Shown: one piece after another, positions 60,099 to 64,000 of the stretch
How the letters are laid out: every line of letters starts with the position of its first letter
Numbering within the stretch: position 1 is the stretch's first letter
DNA from: an uncultured archaeon
Lineage (GTDB): Archaea > Altiarchaeota > Altiarchaeia > JAFGQM01
Assembly (NCBI GenBank): GCA_964391885.1
Contig: CAYMNU010000075.1
Location: 338 to 64,337 of the forward strand
DNA: 64,000 bases
Direction: 5' to 3'
Notes under the pieces: model-generated
Told to the model about the DNA's origin: nothing
The model's input: the letters and a program-made list of their open reading frames with translations, nothing else
The model's database searches: none
Program-made: the position numbers and the translations under genes

Positions 60099-61048
60099 TG
60101 GACGAAGAAACTACATCCAAGGTTCGCGATGCAATCCAGAAGGCAAAGAGCCAGGGCAGGACCGACGAGGAGATCAAGCAGTTCATGTTGGATGCAGGAT
60201 ATTCCGGCGCAGAGATAGCCCCCTTCTTTTCAGCTTCGCCAATAAGTAGCCCCGTTCCCACACCCTCCACCAACCTCCCTGCACAAGGCGTCTGTTGTCC
60301 AAACTGCGGAGCTAGCAACAGTCCAGGGGCAAGGTTCTGTGCGGCCTGCGGAAACAATTTTACGGAACCTATCCCTCCTCAGCCAACTCAGCAGCCACCC
60401 CAACAAACACCCCCCCAGCCAATTCAGCAAGCTCCCACGTCTCCGCCCCCCACCACACCTCCATCTTATCCCTCCCAAACCCCTGTGCCTGCATATACCC
60501 CCGCCCCAAAACCTTCTTACACTGCAGCCTCTGGAAGCAGTTCAGGCAAAAAGAAGATAATAATCATGGCGATAGTAATAGCGGTTATTGCAGTATCTGC
60601 ATATGTAATTTTCATGATGTTCGACCCAGCTAGTTCTGCAAGGGCCGAATGCGAGGCTGAGCTTAAACAGGACATCATGGGCCGATACGGCGTGACTGAA
60701 GCGGAGTTAATGGCTGCAGAGCGATACGCTGATATGTTATATAACGACGACGCAATCTATCGCTGCATGAGGGAAAAGGCGGTCGAGAAACGCAATGCGG
60801 CTATCTGCAACAGTATTCCTCTTATAATGGGCTCCAGCCACAGGGAGCGATGCTTCCAAGATGTAGTCACAAAGAATTATGATTCCAGTGCATGCCAATA
60901 CCTCTCAGCTGATGATAGGAATAAATGTTACAGCTTCATAGCCTGCAACACCGGGCAGTATAACCTATGCGATAACATACCCGACCCAAGTGACAGGGAT
61001 CGCTGCAAAAGCTCGACGCGATACTGCTCAAGCTCATTCTATATTTGA
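60095..61048 (+). CDS. Zn-ribbon / Pro-rich / TM / Cys-repeat ectodomain protein
   Basis: G...EEI...M..AGY N-terminal motif, CPNCG...FCAACG, TM, C..I......R..C repeats. Confidence 0.8.
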   Translation: MMDEETTSKVRDAIQKAKSQGRTDEEIKQFMLDAGYSGAEIAPFFSASPISSPVPTPSTNLPAQGVCCPNCGASNSPGARFCAACGNNFTEPIPPQPTQQPPQQTPPQPIQQAPTSPPPTTPPSYPSQTPVPAYTPAPKPSYTAASGSSSGKKKIIIMAIVIAVIAVSAYVIFMMFDPASSARAECEAELKQDIMGRYGVTEAELMAAERYADMLYNDDAIYRCMREKAVEKRNAAICNSIPLIMGSSHRERCFQDVVTKNYDSSACQYLSADDRNKCYSFIACNTGQYNLCDNIPDPSDRDRCKSSTRYCSSSFYI

Positions 61049-61186
61049 AAGGATTCTCTACTTGGATTGGTATGAATTAGTCAACACCACTTCCGTTATA
61101 TCTTTTTATTCAGGTGCCCAGTGTTCACCAGACCCTGACAAATACCACTATAATAAAAAGATTTGAGCGGCATAATCCGCTCATAT

Positions 61187-61220
61187 TAAAAAAAGAAAAA
61201 ACCAAGGGGCTCTCACCCCT
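61187..61220 (-). terminator. Hairpin plus long T-tract after dnaG
   Basis: AGGGG-CTCTCA-CCCCT followed on the minus strand by TTTTTTCTTTTTTT. Confidence 0.55.
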
Positions 61221-62564
61221 TTAGAACTTCGTGACAATCACCTTGTCCTTAGGCGGCTTCAGATTGCCTGCAGTCGTGATGCCCACGACGTACTTGCAGC
61301 CCTTCGCCAGCTCAAGCAGCTCATTAGTCACGATATCATCGATGACGATTGCAGTAGCTTTTTTCAGCTCCTTTGCTTTCTTCAGGCTGACAATATCCAC
61401 CTTCGCCAGCTCCTCGAACTTGTCGTCAAGAATCAGGGCCTGGTTTTTTATCGTTCCCAGCTTTTCAAGCAGCTTGTCTCCTTCTGAAGACCTTACTGGC
61501 TCTTCATGCCTTGGGGTTCTGCTTGGCCTATCCCTGGACTCGCGCCTCTCGCGGGGCTCTCTCCTGTCTCTGGAATCCCTTCCAGAATCTCGTCTTTCAC
61601 TGCGTTCCGGCCTGCTGTCACGCCTATCGCTCCGCTCAGGCCTGCTTTCGCGCCTGTCGCTGCTGCGCCCCCTGCTGGGCGGCTGCTCACGGCTTCTTCT
61701 AGGCTCTTTGCCTTTCTCGTCCTTAGCAGAATCATCATCTATCTCTTTTAATACTTCCTCAGCGTCCTTCTTTCTCCTCAGGGACATGATGATCTCCTTC
61801 CGTGCCAGGCCTTCAACTTCCCTTCCTGTAGGCGCCTTGGATACATGGTCCACCTTTACGCCCGCATTCTTCAAAGACTTCAGGATGAGGTCTCCTCCCC
61901 TGTCGCCGTCCACAAAGACAGTCACTTCCTTGCCTTTGGTGATATCTACAATCTCTGCAGGTATCTTTATGCCACCTACGGCGATTGAATTTTTAATGCC
62001 ATTTCTCAGCAGGTTAAGAACGTCCGCCCTTCCCTCGACTATTATTATTTCCTTGCCGTTCTCGCATTCGGGACCTGCGTCCAGGCCTTTCAAAGTGGTT
62101 ATATTGTCAGTCCTGATGCCTTCCCTGAGCTCTTCGCTGATTTCCTTGGAGTCGGGCATCTCGTCTGCCATGAACGTTTTCAAGAGCTGTCTTGCCCTGT
62201 CAACGACCGCCTTCCTCTTGTCTTCTCTCACATCCTCGATGTTCGTTATATTGAACTTCGCGTCGCAGGGGCCGACCCTAGTTATAGTCTCCACTCCTGC
62301 CGCTATTATAGATGTCTCTACCATGTCCAGGCTTGAGGGGATGGTAACATGGGCCTTAGTTATTCCGCCCTTTGTATCCATTGTGGCGTCGATGCGCCCA
62401 ATCCTTCCCGACTTCTGAAGCTCCCTCAAATCGAGGTCTTCTCCGAGAAGTCCTTCCGTCTGACCGAAAATGGCGCCAATCAAATCTGGCTTTTCCACGA
62501 GGCCAGTAGCTTCGGCCTCAGCGTGTATCACGTATTTTATTATGTCTACAGGTGCTTTGCTCAT
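61221..62564 (-). CDS. dnaG: Archaeal DnaG (TOPRIM primase-like / exosome-associated)
   Basis: GAIFGQTEGLLG..LDLRELQKSGRIGRI, RVGPC, VEGRADV, DGDRGG, DDIVT..L. Confidence 0.96.
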   Translation of the reverse strand: MSKAPVDIIKYVIHAEAEATGLVEKPDLIGAIFGQTEGLLGEDLDLRELQKSGRIGRIDATMDTKGGITKAHVTIPSSLDMVETSIIAAGVETITRVGPCDAKFNITNIEDVREDKRKAVVDRARQLLKTFMADEMPDSKEISEELREGIRTDNITTLKGLDAGPECENGKEIIIVEGRADVLNLLRNGIKNSIAVGGIKIPAEIVDITKGKEVTVFVDGDRGGDLILKSLKNAGVKVDHVSKAPTGREVEGLARKEIIMSLRRKKDAEEVLKEIDDDSAKDEKGKEPRRSREQPPSRGRSSDRRESRPERSDRRDSRPERSERRDSGRDSRDRREPRERRESRDRPSRTPRHEEPVRSSEGDKLLEKLGTIKNQALILDDKFEELAKVDIVSLKKAKELKKATAIVIDDIVTNELLELAKGCKYVVGITTAGNLKPPKDKVIVTKF

Positions 62565-62604
62565 TTTTTGTTCTCCTATTAATTTATTCTATCTTTATCT
62601 GCTC

Positions 62605-62910
62605 TTATTCTTTCTTCGGGCAGAATTGCGCCAAGCGCTCTTCCGCCTCGCTAAGGGTTGTGCCAAGAACGAGTACCTCTTTGTCTTTTGACCGGGCTCC
62701 ACTCACGATAGCTGCTTCTTTCCCGAAAAGGGAAGAAAAAAATCCTTCTAATGAAAGGTTGGCCGCACCCTTTAGCGCGGGCTCTTTCGTCTTGATCCTG
62801 AGTGAATTCCTCCAGTCATCGTACTCGCAAAGCGCGGTTTTGCTTGCGCCTGGTATTACCCGGATGCGCAGTACCACGCCATTATCGACAACCCTTATTG
62901 CTTTATGCAT
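62605..62910 (-). CDS. DUF167 (UPF0235) family protein
   Basis: V.PGAS, P...G.AN, I.SG..S..K.V. Confidence 0.88.
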   Translation of the reverse strand: MHKAIRVVDNGVVLRIRVIPGASKTALCEYDDWRNSLRIKTKEPALKGAANLSLEGFFSSLFGKEAAIVSGARSKDKEVLVLGTTLSEAEERLAQFCPKKE

Positions 62911-62916
62911 GTTAAA

Positions 62917-63113
62917 AGCCCGTTTCCCAAGCCGTATTGGCCCGTTGGAAACAGGCTATTAGAGTTATGCCCCTCATAACGCTCAGCCTCACAGATGCGC
63001 GAATGCGCCCTTAGCCGAGTTGACCCAGAGGGGCTTTTTTGTATCGCGTTGTATTGTTAATCCCTCATGGTTTAATCGGTCGCCCGATACAGCAGTAGTC
63101 AGGATTACGCCCC
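62917..63113 (-). ncRNA. Candidate structured ncRNA or 5' leader upstream of DUF167-dnaG
   Basis: About 200 nt without an ORF; multiple stems, several with G-U pairs on the minus strand; GCGA tetraloop; TATA-like TTTTTAAG about 30 nt upstream. Confidence 0.45.
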
Positions 63114-63188
63114 AAAGCGATGATTATGTTGATGTTAAAGGCTTAAAAAGGGGAATTTTAATATTTTGCCCCCTAAATTAACCTAACA

Positions 63189-63773
63189 ATGCCAAAACCA
63201 CCCAAACGACCTAGCAGCAAGGCTCAGAACGCAGTAACTAACGTTGAATCTGTTTCTAAACATATGCGTCGCATACTAATTAGAGATCCTGCATATCGGG
63301 TATTCCCTGTAAATCCGACACTTGAAAAGGAGATTACGGCACGCTTTGGCAAGCATGTCTACAAGATTTTGGAACGGCATCCTGAGCTCTATCTTGGACA
63401 GCAAACGCTCCGCCAGGTAAGATTATTGAGGAAAGCAAAACAAGCGCACATGGATAACCTAAAGCCCGGTGCGGTGAACACAGCCGAGCCGCTGCGCCAC
63501 TTTGTGAATGCTTCAAGGGCCAGGAAAAAGAGCCTGACTGCATTGCATGCAGAATTAGTTGCAGACGAGATGAGGGCTAGAATAGAGGGCAGCACCGGCA
63601 TGTTCGACAGTACAGGGGAGCATATAGGGCAAACGCAAAAGCAAGAAGCAAGGTTCAGGAAGCTTGCTCAAGACCCGCAGCCGCTTCTTGACGCGGTCGC
63701 GTTTGTCAGGAAGCGAGGCCGGGAGGACAGGAAAAAAATACCCCTAAGGACCCTCAAAAAGATAATCGGATAA
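63189..63773 (+). CDS. Highly basic hypothetical protein
   Basis: 194-aa ORF beginning MPKPPKRP. Confidence 0.7.
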   Translation: MPKPPKRPSSKAQNAVTNVESVSKHMRRILIRDPAYRVFPVNPTLEKEITARFGKHVYKILERHPELYLGQQTLRQVRLLRKAKQAHMDNLKPGAVNTAEPLRHFVNASRARKKSLTALHAELVADEMRARIEGSTGMFDSTGEHIGQTQKQEARFRKLAQDPQPLLDAVAFVRKRGREDRKKIPLRTLKKIIG

Positions 63774-63820
63774 TAGGGTTAATCCCATTACAATCCCCCA
63801 AGCCAACTAATAATTCCAAA

Positions 63821-64000
63821 ATGCCCCGAAAGCCGAATAAGCCAAGAAAAACACCAAAATCACTCGCTGATTTAAGATCCTTATTTCAACACCCTGCCGT
63901 AAGGGGCATCACCCAAAGTTGGGGCAGTCTCGATAATCTTAAGGAACAGGCCCTGCGCAGGGATTCGACTCATCGAAAGCTTTCAAGAAGGCCCGAAATC
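63821..64000 (+). CDS. Basic hypothetical protein, truncated by the window end
   Basis: MPRKPNKPRKTPKSLADLRSLF... open for 60 codons to the edge. Confidence 0.6.
   Translation, partial: MPRKPNKPRKTPKSLADLRSLFQHPAVRGITQSWGSLDNLKEQALRRDSTHRKLSRRPEI

Noticed and set aside
61100..61183. ATCTTTTTATT/AATAAAAAGAT inverted repeat and TGAGCGG/CCGCTCA hairpin
   Set aside because: Lies between convergent genes and is adequately explained as terminator-related; low complexity
61231..62418. Long antisense ORFs (also 49257-50213 and 48526-49320)
   Set aside because: Shadow frames of dnaG, ribD and ribBA with Ser-rich, non-protein-like composition
62917..63113. RNase P RNA, SRP RNA, tmRNA or a known riboswitch
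   Set aside because: Diagnostic conserved motifs not found on either strand by eye; retained only as an unknown candidate

Overview
This is a gene-dense archaeal chromosomal window using the standard code, with no tRNA, rRNA, CRISPR array or transposase recognisable. Archaeal markers include aIF-1A, aIF-2beta, NMD3, Dph5, archease, RtcB, archaeal DnaG, MC1 and archaeal-type RibC. Many bacterial-type metabolic genes and Cys-rich surface proteins suggest a DPANN-like anaerobe, but this is inference and the phylum cannot be fixed from sequence alone. Main blocks: (1) SAM/MTA recycling genes (ahcY, mtaD, mtnA, mtnP, apt, class II aldolase, LsrF-like, Zn-ADH); (2) a MoxR/DUF58/vWA operon; (3) an O2/ROS-defence cluster directly downstream of a minimal [FeFe]-hydrogenase; (4) translation genes; (5) two paralogous Ca-binding surface proteins sharing a 167-bp near-identical block; (6) a C1/pterin/riboflavin cluster (metV-metF, mtd, fae-hps, rib genes); (7) an intein-containing rtcB, a Lon-type ATPase without a protease domain, and dnaG. 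Two small genes missing from the ORF track were found: a rubredoxin and a MetV-like protein. The most striking unexplained signal is a ~260-bp non-coding element (39735-39995) holding two covarying copies of a Y-shaped triloop-hairpin module. Other candidates are structured leaders upstream of MC1 and DUF167-dnaG, a gene flanked by inverted repeats, and several very basic orphan genes inserted among conserved genes.
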